Source of the DNA: Clostridia bacterium
GTDB taxonomy: Bacteria; Bacillota; Clostridia; Oscillospirales; CAG-382
Length of the DNA: 64,000 nt
Reading direction: 5' to 3'
NCBI GenBank assembly: GCA_017521025.1
Contig: JAFXEB010000002.1
Coordinates: 20,232 to 84,231, forward strand
A program made the position numbers and the translations under genes. Shown in pieces: positions 9,872 to 19,211 of this stretch (its first letter is position 1; each line of letters begins with the position of its first letter). The notes beneath the pieces are model-generated. The model saw only the letters and a list, made by a program, of their open reading frames with translations. It searched no databases and was not told the DNA's origin.

Positions 9872-10471
9872 ATGATATATTTTACGGGAGACCTGCATTT
9901 TGAGCAGAGGGCGTTGCTTAAATGGCGTCGCCGTTTTGCCACCGTGGAGGAGATGGACAAAACGCTTATAGATGGCTGGAACGCCACTGTGGGCGAGAAT
10001 GACACAGTTTACGTGCTGGGGGACCTGTTTCACGACGAAAAGGTATCTGCCCGCAAGTACCTTAACAGGCTGAGTGGGAGAATCGTCCTTATAAAGGGCA
10101 ACCATGATGCCTTATGGCTTGATACTCTGAGCGATAGGGAGAAGAAAGGGTATTTCAGTGGGATATATGACCTGCACGGTATTGAAAAGGATGGAGCAAA
10201 GCTGCGCTTCTGTCACTATCCCATGATATCGTGGGACGGCTCACGCTCCGGCAGTGTTCTTATATGCGGACATCTGCACGGCAGGGATGACAATAACGAG
10301 TACAGACTTTTTCGGCGTGTGCCCCTTATGTTCAACGCAGGAGTGGACGTAAACGGCTTTAAGCCGGTGTGCTTTTCCGAGCTTGTGGCGAACAACGATG
10401 TCTTCTACAAGCGCAGAAGGACTAAGGAGGAGATTGAGGTGCTTGAAAGGATGGTAAGGGTATATGGATAA
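9872..10471 (+). CDS. Calcineurin-like metallophosphoesterase
   Basis: Motifs DLH, LGD, GNHD, CHYP, GHLH, NAGVD. Confidence 0.88.
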   Translation: MIYFTGDLHFEQRALLKWRRRFATVEEMDKTLIDGWNATVGENDTVYVLGDLFHDEKVSARKYLNRLSGRIVLIKGNHDALWLDTLSDREKKGYFSGIYDLHGIEKDGAKLRFCHYPMISWDGSRSGSVLICGHLHGRDDNNEYRLFRRVPLMFNAGVDVNGFKPVCFSELVANNDVFYKRRRTKEEIEVLERMVRVYG

Positions 10472-10934
10472 GGGTTTTATATGGCAGAGCAAAAACGGCA
10501 CCGTGAGCACCGACTCTGACAGACTTGCGGCGGCACTTGCGGAGCTACAGAGGGGAGTGGTTGCACTTGACGGCCCCACCACCTGCGGTAAGACCTATGT
10601 ATTGCGAAGGCTTGATGCTATCGATGGGCGCAGTGTTCATATAAGGAGCTACAGAGAGTGGGCAGAGGAGACCGTACTGCCTTACCTTGAGAGGGGAGAG
10701 GACGTGACGGAGCTTGAAGCAGAGGAGGGGCAGGTCTTTTGCGTGGAGGACGCCGATTATCTTTGGGGAAAGCACACGCTTCAGCTATGTATGGCAGGTA
10801 TGCTCCACACTCTGGCAAAGAAAAACCTTGTAATAATAACGGGTACCGAGCTTGATAAAAAGACGCCTCTTTTGTTGGCGAGGCTGAGACCGCTTGATAA
10901 ATACTATGCTAAAAGCCGATGTGCCAAAGAATAA
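10464..10934 (+). CDS. Small P-loop NTPase-like protein
   Basis: Walker A GPTTCGKT and Walker B-like FCVEDAD; overlaps the upstream stop codon. Confidence 0.65.
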   Translation: MDKGFIWQSKNGTVSTDSDRLAAALAELQRGVVALDGPTTCGKTYVLRRLDAIDGRSVHIRSYREWAEETVLPYLERGEDVTELEAEEGQVFCVEDADYLWGKHTLQLCMAGMLHTLAKKNLVIITGTELDKKTPLLLARLRPLDKYYAKSRCAKE

Positions 10935-10939
10935 ACAGA

Positions 10940-10977
10940 AACACCGCTTACACGGGGTCGCCCGTGTAAGCGGTGTT
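10940..10977. terminator. Bidirectional terminator between convergent genes
   Basis: Perfect 17-bp stem aacaccgcttacacggg-gtcg-cccgtgtaagcggtgtt with A/T-rich flanks. Confidence 0.85.
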
Positions 10978-11006
10978 CTTTGTGTTTTTATGCTATGTAG
11001 CCTCGG

Positions 11007-13571
11007 TTATCTTGCCAACGCCAGCTTTATAAGGATACAGTCGGCAGAATCGGTGGTGTTGTTGCCGTTCATATCTGCGGCGATGAAGTATGCGCCCGTA
11101 AAGCTCAGCGCTTTCTTGATAGAAGTAGTCAGCGCAAGATAATCGAGAGAGGAGATGTCTGCGTCACCGTTGATGTCACCCTGAAGAACGGCGATACAGC
11201 TCTCGTCCCCACAGCTTACAGTGTAGCCTGTGCCTACACTGTTGCCGTCCGCTACAGCGGTGCCGCTGTTGTCGGTTATGGTGACCTCGTATTTAAACAG
11301 CGTTTTAAGAGCGGTGCCCGTGGTGCCAACCGCAAAGCCGCTGAAATATTCGTTAAGGCTGTAGCTGCCGCTTGCCGCTGCGGCGTCGGTCAGCTCAAGC
11401 TTTGCCGCCGAGACCACAGTGAACGGGGCGCTCAGTACGGTATGAGTCTTGGGAGAGGAGCCGTTTATGGTCTGCATCTGCACCGTGTAGGTATAGCTGC
11501 CTATGGGCAGTGTTGAAATATTGATATCAGCGTTTGCAGCAGACAGGTCATAGCTTGTAGTGTATGGGCTTGAGGTATGAGTGGCGACCGCAGTGCCTGC
11601 CGAGTTCAGCACCGAAACGCTGACATTGTATAAACCTGTGTCGGTATTGAGGGTGCCGCCCAGCGTAAACGCCTCACCCACCGTGTGTTCGGTAGGATAT
11701 TTGCCGTTATCCACCTTCGCCCATGCGGCGTAGAAGGTGACAATATCCCTGTCAGTGGAGGAGGAGGCAGAAATAGAGCAGCCGTCTGTATAGGTCTTAA
11801 GGAAATAGCCGGTGGTGTCTGTACCGGGAGCCAGCCACTTGTCAGCGAGGGTAGAGGTATTCTTGTAGCACCAGGTGTTATCAGAGCGCCTGAAGGCTGT
11901 CCAGCCAACGAAGGTGTAGCCCTCACGGGTGAAGGCGTTGGAGGTAATGGCGGTGGATGTGCCGTATACTATCTTCTGCTGTGCCATGGTGCCCGTGCCG
12001 CCGTTGGCATCGTACTGGATGTAGTAGGATTTTGTGCCTGTGGAGTTGGGGGTCCACTGAGCATAGCAGGTTACGGTGTCGCCGTCTACCGAGGTAAGGG
12101 CGGATACAGAGCGCTTATCCTCGTAAAGGGCGAGCACTGCGGTAGCAGGCTGAGAGCCCTTGGTGTACCAAGTGGGATTGCCGCTCTCAGTGAAATAAAG
12201 CCACTTGCCGTCCGACTTGCGGGTGAGATACCAGCCTGCAAAGGTATAGCCGCTATAGGTGAAATAGTTGGGACGCAGGTTGGTGGATACGCCCTTTATA
12301 TGAATGGTACTGCTCATCTTATAGTTGCCCGAGCTGGAGTTGGTGCCGCTGTCGGTGCCGCCGTTTGCGTTGTACTTTACGGTATACACAACGGCACTGT
12401 CATCAACCATAGGAGTGAAATCGCCGGTGCCGCTCTTATAGCTCATGGAATATACGCCCTCAAAGCTTGCCACGGGAGAAGCGTTGGCGTTGATGTACAT
12501 CTTAAGGTCGCCTGTGGTGCCCTGACCCGTGCGGAAGCCCACAGACTCTATCTCCAGATCATTGCAGGAGGAGCTGGTGGCAGAGGCGGTCAGATAGAAG
12601 TTGGTCTTTGTGGGGTGAACAAGCGTGGTCTTGTTAGTGGAGAAATCCATCAATGCATCAGTGAGCACCTTGCTTACGTTATAGGTGAGTATTACGTTGG
12701 TGGTAATGGGGCTGGCGGGCTTGAACATGGGCACGTAGATGGTCTGCTCCAGAGAGTTGTAGTAAAAGCCCTGATTGACCCAAGTCTCCATATTGGCGTA
12801 GGTACCTGCAGAGGAGTTGCTCTTTGCAAATATAGCGTTCCTCTTGTCGATGGTGAAGATCTTGTAGCAGGTCACCTTGGTAGGGTTGGAGGCGGTGCCG
12901 CCGGTGGCAGTATCCGCTATCTTGCAGTAATAAAAGGTCTCGCCGTTCTTGAGTAGCAGGTAGAAATAGCCGCCCGAGTGCTTGTACTGACGCACGCTGG
13001 AGACGGTCATAGAGGTACCGCTTGTATTAACGGTATCAAAATATCCGGTGAAATACAGGTTTGTGCCCGATATCTTCATCCTCGACAAGGAGTTCCCCTT
13101 AATGCTCGTGGCAACCAGCATATAATTTACGTCATTTGCAGTTACTACCTGAAGGTCGTTTGCGTGACCGCAGGTGTCACAGCCGCTGGTAGAGGTAGCC
13201 GAGGTACTCGAATAGTAGTTCATATAGGAGACCGAGCCCGAGGAAATAGTAGTACGTGCTATGGAAACGTAGGTGTCACTGCTGTTGCGCTTGGCGGTGT
13301 AGATATAGGTGGTGCCTACGTTCATGCCCTGCATAGAGGTGCAGGAGGTACCGCCCACGGTCTTGTTTGCGTGGATGGAAAGAAGGCTTGCCTCGCCCAT
13401 AGTGTGGGTAACGTAGCCATTGTAGGAGTAGGCAGAGGGACTTACACCGCTATCCCCGATAACAGCCTTTACCGTCGCACCGAGATCTGCCTCCACGGCG
13501 GTAACGGCGAGGGCGGGGGACAGCATACACAGACAAAGAAGAAGTGATATCATGCTGAGTAGCTTTTTCAT
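11007..13571 (-). CDS. Secreted protein: probable beta-propeller domain, two InlB-B/Listeria-Bacteroides-type repeats, C-terminal type I dockerin
   Basis: Start MKKLLSMISLLL at 13571 after SD aaaggtg, with a signal peptide. Repeats Y(N/D)ANGGT...GYTF.GW. Dockerin GDINGDADISSLDY...ADMNGNNTTDSADC. Confidence 0.8.
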   Translation of the reverse strand: MKKLLSMISLLLCLCMLSPALAVTAVEADLGATVKAVIGDSGVSPSAYSYNGYVTHTMGEASLLSIHANKTVGGTSCTSMQGMNVGTTYIYTAKRNSSDTYVSIARTTISSGSVSYMNYYSSTSATSTSGCDTCGHANDLQVVTANDVNYMLVATSIKGNSLSRMKISGTNLYFTGYFDTVNTSGTSMTVSSVRQYKHSGGYFYLLLKNGETFYYCKIADTATGGTASNPTKVTCYKIFTIDKRNAIFAKSNSSAGTYANMETWVNQGFYYNSLEQTIYVPMFKPASPITTNVILTYNVSKVLTDALMDFSTNKTTLVHPTKTNFYLTASATSSSCNDLEIESVGFRTGQGTTGDLKMYINANASPVASFEGVYSMSYKSGTGDFTPMVDDSAVVYTVKYNANGGTDSGTNSSSGNYKMSSTIHIKGVSTNLRPNYFTYSGYTFAGWYLTRKSDGKWLYFTESGNPTWYTKGSQPATAVLALYEDKRSVSALTSVDGDTVTCYAQWTPNSTGTKSYYIQYDANGGTGTMAQQKIVYGTSTAITSNAFTREGYTFVGWTAFRRSDNTWCYKNTSTLADKWLAPGTDTTGYFLKTYTDGCSISASSSTDRDIVTFYAAWAKVDNGKYPTEHTVGEAFTLGGTLNTDTGLYNVSVSVLNSAGTAVATHTSSPYTTSYDLSAANADINISTLPIGSYTYTVQMQTINGSSPKTHTVLSAPFTVVSAAKLELTDAAAASGSYSLNEYFSGFAVGTTGTALKTLFKYEVTITDNSGTAVADGNSVGTGYTVSCGDESCIAVLQGDINGDADISSLDYLALTTSIKKALSFTGAYFIAADMNGNNTTDSADCILIKLALAR

Positions 13572-13629
13572 AATATACCGCACCTTTCTTGTATAAATAC
13601 ACATAATCATTGCCTATATTATATAATAA

Positions 13630-13658
13630 AGTATAGCAAAAAGGCTTCTTTTTGTCAA
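13630..13658 (-). promoter_or_regulatory. sigmaA promoter of the dockerin protein gene
   Basis: TTGACA-17 bp-TATACT on the minus strand. Confidence 0.75.
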
Positions 13659-13706
13659 TCTATCAATAATATACAATATAATGCGCTGATGTTTATGCAA
13701 CATAAA

Positions 13707-13749
13707 CAAAAACGGGGCGGCTCAAGTCGAAAAAGACGAGCCGCCCCGT
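13707..13749 (-). terminator. Terminator of the GH31-radical SAM unit
   Basis: 12-bp stem acggggcggctc/gagccgccccgt with a T run on the minus strand. Confidence 0.75.
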
Positions 13750-13754
13750 GTTCT

Positions 13755-14603
13755 CTATTTCCTCGGCAGCCTTGTGTGTGCAAAGCCGCAACGCAGACAA
13801 AGGGGCTCTGTCACCCTGCGGTTTTCAAAGGACGTCTTCAGGCAGACCGCTCTGTCAGAGCACAGTATCTCCTCAAGGGGAGCGTCATAGATGTTGCCAA
13901 GGGCTATCTGCCCCTCCGCATCAAGACAGCAGGGCACTACCGTGCCGTCACACAGTACCCCTACCTGATTCCTCAGTCCGTAGCAGGCGATGCGCCCGCC
14001 CATATCGGGTGCGCTCATATCGGGCCACTCAAAGCTCTCGCCCCACTCAAGGTATAGCCTCTCCCTCAGCTTATAGCTCTTCTCTCTGCTTGCCGCTTCG
14101 GGAAGCACACCGAAACGATCCTCGGTCATACCGAGTATTCTTCCGTTAAGCTCCTCCTTGCCTCCAATATTCCACAGCCGCAATACTGTTATTATCCCTG
14201 CGGCGGCACTGTCTGCGGCAAAATCAAAGCTGTTTTGCAGATATTCCTCCAAGGGGTAGGGCAGAGCGTTTGCCTCATAGGCGTGGAGGGATATGCTTAT
14301 CTTGTGGAGCGAGCCTGCCCCAAGCAGTCCCTCACGCCTTTCGTAAAGCAGTGTACCGTTGGTGGTCAGTATCACCTTAAAGCCAAGCTCCCCAGCTATG
14401 TCCATAAACCGCCCCAGCAGTGGGTGCAGCAGGGGCTCACCCATCAGATGAAAATACAGATACTCGCAAAAGGGACGTAGCCTTGTGGCGGCAAGAGCGA
14501 ACTCCTCCTCATTCATAAAGCGTGCCGCCCTTTTTGTGCCGTGGCAAAAGCTACAGCTTAAATTGCAGACGTTGGTTATCTCAAGATATGCCTTGTTGCC
14601 CAT
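13755..14603 (-). CDS. Radical SAM protein with SPASM/twitch domain
   Basis: CNLSCSFC, MGEPLLHP, TTNG; C-terminal CYGL...VVPCCLD...CLRC. Start MGNK follows gaggga. Confidence 0.88.
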   Translation of the reverse strand: MGNKAYLEITNVCNLSCSFCHGTKRAARFMNEEEFALAATRLRPFCEYLYFHLMGEPLLHPLLGRFMDIAGELGFKVILTTNGTLLYERREGLLGAGSLHKISISLHAYEANALPYPLEEYLQNSFDFAADSAAAGIITVLRLWNIGGKEELNGRILGMTEDRFGVLPEAASREKSYKLRERLYLEWGESFEWPDMSAPDMGGRIACYGLRNQVGVLCDGTVVPCCLDAEGQIALGNIYDAPLEEILCSDRAVCLKTSFENRRVTEPLCLRCGFAHTRLPRK

Positions 14604-14610
14604 ATGTCCC

Positions 14611-17091
14611 TCAGTCCTCAAACTCGTCCTTCGTCAACGTAAGCAGCTCCCTTATCGCCTTTACCGTATGGTAGCTCTCGGGTGAGCTGTTGCCAAGCCT
14701 GAATATTTTTTCGTGCAGGTCAGGCTCCTCCTTGCAGGCGGTGTTATAGTAGTGGTTTTTCAGCTCAAAGGTGATGTTTGCCTTGACCAATAATGCGTAT
14801 ATGCGCTCGTAAACGTCGCTGTTGTCATGAACAAGTCTGTCACCGCTGATAATGACCTCTATGTCCTCGCTCACAGGCGCAGTCAGCTCTACCGTCAGTG
14901 TGTTTTGCCCGTGGTTGTAGTGGCTGCTTGCCTCAGCACTCTTGCCTCCTACCGTTACAGCCGCACCCACGCATCTGTGAAAGCCTCTGAATGAAAGCGT
15001 GTATCGGCGCTCCTTGGGCAGCAGTGAGAGGTCACCCCTTGCTCCGCTCAGCACAAAACGTGCGCTGTCGCCCCACTCAAGGCGCATATCGGTAAGGGCA
15101 AAGGCGCCTTCTTTGTAGTCCTGACCCTCGCCTCCGTCCTCGTATAAGGTGAAGGCACCGTCGGCGCAAGGGAATACCAATATCTCAAGGTCCTTGCCGC
15201 AGGCAGGCACGTTGTCCCTCTCCCTGTGTATACAAAGGGGTACTATCGCCCCCGCCTTGGCTAATACGGGGTAGCTGTGTATGTCACGGAAAAGCTCCGT
15301 CCGTCTGCTTTGCTTGCTGTGATAGTGTAGTCCCGTCTCAAGGTCAAACAAATCGCCTGCAGGCAGCCATGCCTCCGCCCTGCCAAGTCCGTCGGCGGCA
15401 CCGTTTGGCTCGGTAATTGGGCATACCATAAGCTCACTGCCAAACATAAATTGATTTTTCACCTCGTAGGCGGCGGAGCACTTGGGATAGGAGTAATACA
15501 TAGGCTCCACAAGAGGGGCAAGCTCCTTGTGACAGCGGTAATTCATAGTGTATATATATGGGAACAGCCTGTGGCGCAGTCTCAGCCATTTGCGTATGGC
15601 TTCGCCGGCTTCACCCCCGTAGTGCCACGCCTCCTTCAGCTGAAAACGGTTGCTGGTGCTGTGCAGGCGGTTGATAGGGGAGAATACCCCAAGCTGTATC
15701 CAACGGGTCATAAGACAGTCGTCACGGTAGCCGTGCATGTGACCGCCTATATCGTGGCTCCACCAACAGTAGCCGATATTGGATGCCGTGGCGGTAAAGT
15801 AAGGCTGAAACTCAAGGGCGTCCCAGGAGACCCTCGTATCCCCTGAAAAGCCTACGGGATAGCGGTGGCTGCCTGCCCCCGCAAAGCGGGAGAAGAACAT
15901 AGGTCTTTTGCCGTTACGTGATATGTCAAGTATATGCAGGTGGTTCAGCATCCACAGTGGGTCAAGCCTCTCACGGGGGTCGGCAAGCACGCCGCCCACG
16001 TTGCGCTCGTGTATCCACCAATAGTCTGTGCCCTGTTGCCAGTCCATCCACCAAAAGTCCACACCGTCCTCCTCATAGGGGTGGTGCAGTATATCAAAAT
16101 AGTCAGCCATAGCCTTGGGTGACAGCACGTTAAGGGGTATGCGCCTGCCGCTTTTGGGGTCGATGCCTGCGGCGACAGCCGCCCTTTCGTACATTGCCTC
16201 GTGCCGTCTCACACCTTGAGCAGGGTGCAGGTTAAGGGCGGTCTTTAGCCCCCTTGCCTTAAGCTCTGCAAGAAAAGCCTTGTAGTCGGGAAACAGCTCC
16301 TCGTTCCAGGTATAGCCCGTCCAGCCGCTTTCAAAGCCCTCCTCGGTCTCCCTCAGCTCCTCGGGGATGTTTACTATGTGCCAGTCCATATCTATAACGC
16401 CCACGGAAAAGGGAACGTCCTCCTCCTTGAAACGGTCCATGAGCGCAGTATATTCCTCTGCGGTATACTTGTGGTATCTGCTCCACCAGTTGCCAAGGGC
16501 GTAGGCAGGCAGTAGAGGCGGTGCGCCCGTTATGCGGAAATAGTCACTTACCGCCGCCCTGTAGTCATAGCCGTAGCCGAAAAAGTAAAGGTCAAGGCTG
16601 CCCTCACTGCGGGTCTCTATCCAGCCGTCCTCACCCAAAACCATAGTATCCGTATCGTCCAGCACGGAAAAACCAAAGCGTGAGCATACGCCTCTGCCAA
16701 GGGGCAGTGCTCCGTCGGTAACGTCAAGGGTGCGTGCCGTGCCGCCAAGGTCCTCAAAATCCTCACCGTAGTACCATGTGCTCCCCGGCTCGTTCACAAG
16801 CCGTACGCTGAGACTGTCACGGCTGAAGGGCTCGCCCTCCTTGTAGCGCAGTACAAGCTCTGCGGTGCAAAGAGTGAGAACGCCATCCTCCCTTTTCGCA
16901 TCGTGGTCCACTGCGCCAAGGTCTCTGTAAAAAACGGACTGGCTCGCCCTGTCCTCGGCACTGCCGTCGCCGAAATGCTCAAGCCTTATAAGCCTTGGGG
17001 TGATAAGGGTAAAGCGGTAACCCTTGCCCTCTACGGTATTGCCCGGGTGGGCGTTGGGAGCTACCTTCCATTTAAAGCGGTCGTATGCCAT
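14611..17091 (-). CDS. Glycoside hydrolase family 31 (alpha-glucosidase/alpha-xylosidase-like)
   Basis: GNWWSRY, VIDMDWH, FWWMDWQQG (nucleophile), FSGDT (acid/base), SHDIGG, RLHS. Confidence 0.92.
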   Translation of the reverse strand: MAYDRFKWKVAPNAHPGNTVEGKGYRFTLITPRLIRLEHFGDGSAEDRASQSVFYRDLGAVDHDAKREDGVLTLCTAELVLRYKEGEPFSRDSLSVRLVNEPGSTWYYGEDFEDLGGTARTLDVTDGALPLGRGVCSRFGFSVLDDTDTMVLGEDGWIETRSEGSLDLYFFGYGYDYRAAVSDYFRITGAPPLLPAYALGNWWSRYHKYTAEEYTALMDRFKEEDVPFSVGVIDMDWHIVNIPEELRETEEGFESGWTGYTWNEELFPDYKAFLAELKARGLKTALNLHPAQGVRRHEAMYERAAVAAGIDPKSGRRIPLNVLSPKAMADYFDILHHPYEEDGVDFWWMDWQQGTDYWWIHERNVGGVLADPRERLDPLWMLNHLHILDISRNGKRPMFFSRFAGAGSHRYPVGFSGDTRVSWDALEFQPYFTATASNIGYCWWSHDIGGHMHGYRDDCLMTRWIQLGVFSPINRLHSTSNRFQLKEAWHYGGEAGEAIRKWLRLRHRLFPYIYTMNYRCHKELAPLVEPMYYSYPKCSAAYEVKNQFMFGSELMVCPITEPNGAADGLGRAEAWLPAGDLFDLETGLHYHSKQSRRTELFRDIHSYPVLAKAGAIVPLCIHRERDNVPACGKDLEILVFPCADGAFTLYEDGGEGQDYKEGAFALTDMRLEWGDSARFVLSGARGDLSLLPKERRYTLSFRGFHRCVGAAVTVGGKSAEASSHYNHGQNTLTVELTAPVSEDIEVIISGDRLVHDNSDVYERIYALLVKANITFELKNHYYNTACKEEPDLHEKIFRLGNSSPESYHTVKAIRELLTLTKDEFED

Positions 17092-17267
17092 ATCCGTCTC
17101 CTCCGTTTGCCTTGTTTTTACCTTCTGTATCCGACTGTAATACGATTATAAAATATACCTCGGCATAAATCAAGGGAAAAACGTTTTTTTGGCTGTCCGA
17201 AAAGCCCTTGGATTTTCGGTATATTCACTAAAAACTGCAAAAATATGCTAAAATGCTAAATTTGCTA

Positions 17268-17296
17268 TTGTAAAATAAATAAAATAGGTATATAAT
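17268..17296 (+). promoter_or_regulatory. sigmaA promoter of the lic cluster
   Basis: TTGTAA-17 bp-TATAAT. Confidence 0.65.
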
Positions 17297-17396
17297 GTAA
17301 TTTATTAAATAACGAAAATATTTTTCCTGAGAGTATTTTTTTGTTGGTGCGCCATATATCTCGGGTGCGGTTTTATAAATGCAAAGGATGAGGCTT

Positions 17397-18266
17397 ATGT
17401 ACAAGGTAGATAATGCGGTAATAATGGCGGCAGGCGCCTCTTCACGCTTTGCCCCTCTCTCCTACGAGCTGCCCAAGGCGCTTATCACCGTAAAGGGTGA
17501 GGTGCTTATCGAGCGGCAGATAGCTCAGCTCAAGGCGGCGGGGATAGAGGATATTTACGTGGTGGTTGGCTATAAGGGCGATATGTTCTCGTACCTTGAG
17601 GAAAAGCTTGGGGTGCATATCGTCGAAAACCCCGACTATCTCACAAGAAACAACAATGCCAGCATCTATGCGGTGCGCCATATTCTGAAAAACACATATA
17701 TCTGCTCAGCAGACAACTATTTTTCCGAAAACCCCTTTGAGTCTCAGGTGGACGGCAGCTACTACGCCGCCGTTTATGCCGAGGGCGACACCAAGGAGTG
17801 GTGTATGGATTGCGATGAGGACGGGGTGATAAGCAGTGTGCGCATCGGCGGCAGAGACGCCTGGTATATGCTCGGTCACACCTTCTGGGATGAGGAGTTC
17901 AGCAAGGGCTTTCTCCGTATACTGGAGGCAGAGTATGACCGCCCCGAAACGGCGGACAAGCTGTGGGAGAGCATTTATATGGAGCATCTTGACAGCCTTA
18001 AGATGAAGATGCGCAGGTATGAGGACGGCGTTATTTTTGAGTTTGACACTCTGGATGAGCTTAGGGAGTTTGACGAGAGCTACCGTGAGGATACCCGTTC
18101 TGCCATTCTCAAGACTATAGCGGCAGAGCTTTCCTGTAAAGAGAGGGATATTACAGACCTTAAGGCATACAGGGGTGACAGTAACGATGCGGCAGGCTTT
18201 ACCTTTACCGCCTGCGGCAAGGGGTACCGTTACTCCTACAGCGACAGTAAGATAAAGGAGAACTGA
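17397..18266 (+). CDS. licC: CTP:phosphocholine cytidylyltransferase (LicC-like NTP transferase)
   Basis: NAVIMAAGASSRFAPLS...PKAL, RNN..SI, ICSADNY, EFDTLDELR; next to a choline kinase. Confidence 0.85.
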   Translation: MYKVDNAVIMAAGASSRFAPLSYELPKALITVKGEVLIERQIAQLKAAGIEDIYVVVGYKGDMFSYLEEKLGVHIVENPDYLTRNNNASIYAVRHILKNTYICSADNYFSENPFESQVDGSYYAAVYAEGDTKEWCMDCDEDGVISSVRIGGRDAWYMLGHTFWDEEFSKGFLRILEAEYDRPETADKLWESIYMEHLDSLKMKMRRYEDGVIFEFDTLDELREFDESYREDTRSAILKTIAAELSCKERDITDLKAYRGDSNDAAGFTFTACGKGYRYSYSDSKIKEN

Positions 18267-18269
18267 TTT

Positions 18270-19169
18270 ATGGCAAGAGAGATAATTAAGGAAGATATAC
18301 CTAAGATAAAAGCGTTGCTTGAGAAGGCACTTGGCGTTTCGGACTATGAGAGCCTTGCCCGTATGGGTGGACTCACCAACCACACCTACAGGGTGAGCCT
18401 TGCCGACGGCAGTGAGTATGCTTTGCGCCTCCCCGGTGAGGGCACTGAGGAGATGATCGTCCGTGGTGACGAGAAAAAGAGCACGGTGCTCGCCTGCGAC
18501 CTTGGCATAGATGCTGAGCTTTTGTATTTCGGCGATGACGGCTCCAAGGTGACAGCCTACATAAAGAACGCCGAGACCATGTCTGCCGACACCATAAAGG
18601 ACCCTCTTCGCATAAAGCAGGTGGCAGAAATTTATAAAAAGCTTCATTCCTGCGGTGTCGACACGGGCGTGCCCTTCGAGGTCTTCGATATGGCGGCAGG
18701 CTATAAGAAGATAATAGAGGACAAGAGCGTGCCTATGTTTGAAGATTACGACGGTATCGAGGCGGCTGTTATGGAGATAAAGGCGGAGACAGATGCCGCA
18801 GTATCACCCAAAAAGGTTCCCTGCCACAACGACCCTCTCTGTGAGAACTGGGTGGTTGGCGATGGGCGTATGTACCTTATAGATTGGGAGTACGCCGGTA
18901 TGAACGACGGTATGTGGGATCTGGCTGACATTTCTATAGAGGCGTGCTTTGACGGGGAGTGTGACAGGGCGCTTCTCACCGCATATCTGGGCAAGGAGCC
19001 TGATAAGGACGAGATGAAGCATTTCCTTGCCAGCAAGATATACGTGGATTATCTCTGGACCCTTTGGGCAAAGGCGAGGGTTCCCTATGACGGTCAGCCT
19101 ATGGAGGATTGGGCTGTGGAGCGTTATAACAGGCTTAAGGGCTTTATTGAAGAATACAGAAGCCTTTAG
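18270..19169 (+). CDS. licA: Choline/ethanolamine kinase (LicA-like)
   Basis: GGLTN, LRLPG, Brenner motif CHNDPLCEN, LIDWEYAG. Confidence 0.9.
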   Translation: MAREIIKEDIPKIKALLEKALGVSDYESLARMGGLTNHTYRVSLADGSEYALRLPGEGTEEMIVRGDEKKSTVLACDLGIDAELLYFGDDGSKVTAYIKNAETMSADTIKDPLRIKQVAEIYKKLHSCGVDTGVPFEVFDMAAGYKKIIEDKSVPMFEDYDGIEAAVMEIKAETDAAVSPKKVPCHNDPLCENWVVGDGRMYLIDWEYAGMNDGMWDLADISIEACFDGECDRALLTAYLGKEPDKDEMKHFLASKIYVDYLWTLWAKARVPYDGQPMEDWAVERYNRLKGFIEEYRSL

Positions 19170-19211
19170 ATAATTACCAAATAAAACTTTACCGAAAATG
19201 GAGGATCTACT

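Noticed and set aside
11685-12956. 423-aa plus-strand ORF, and similar shadows at 25994-27292, 29280-30281 and 58152-59204
   Set aside because: All are antisense to well-supported genes.
13755-14603. Radical SAM/SPASM gene as a RiPP maturase
   Set aside because: No precursor peptide, RRE domain or exporter nearby; it is simply co-transcribed with GH31.
17277-17296. aataaaataggt before TATAAT shared by the lic promoter and the ABC promoter (32128-32139)
   Set aside because: Low-complexity AT-rich spacer with only two instances and unrelated genes; chance is likely.
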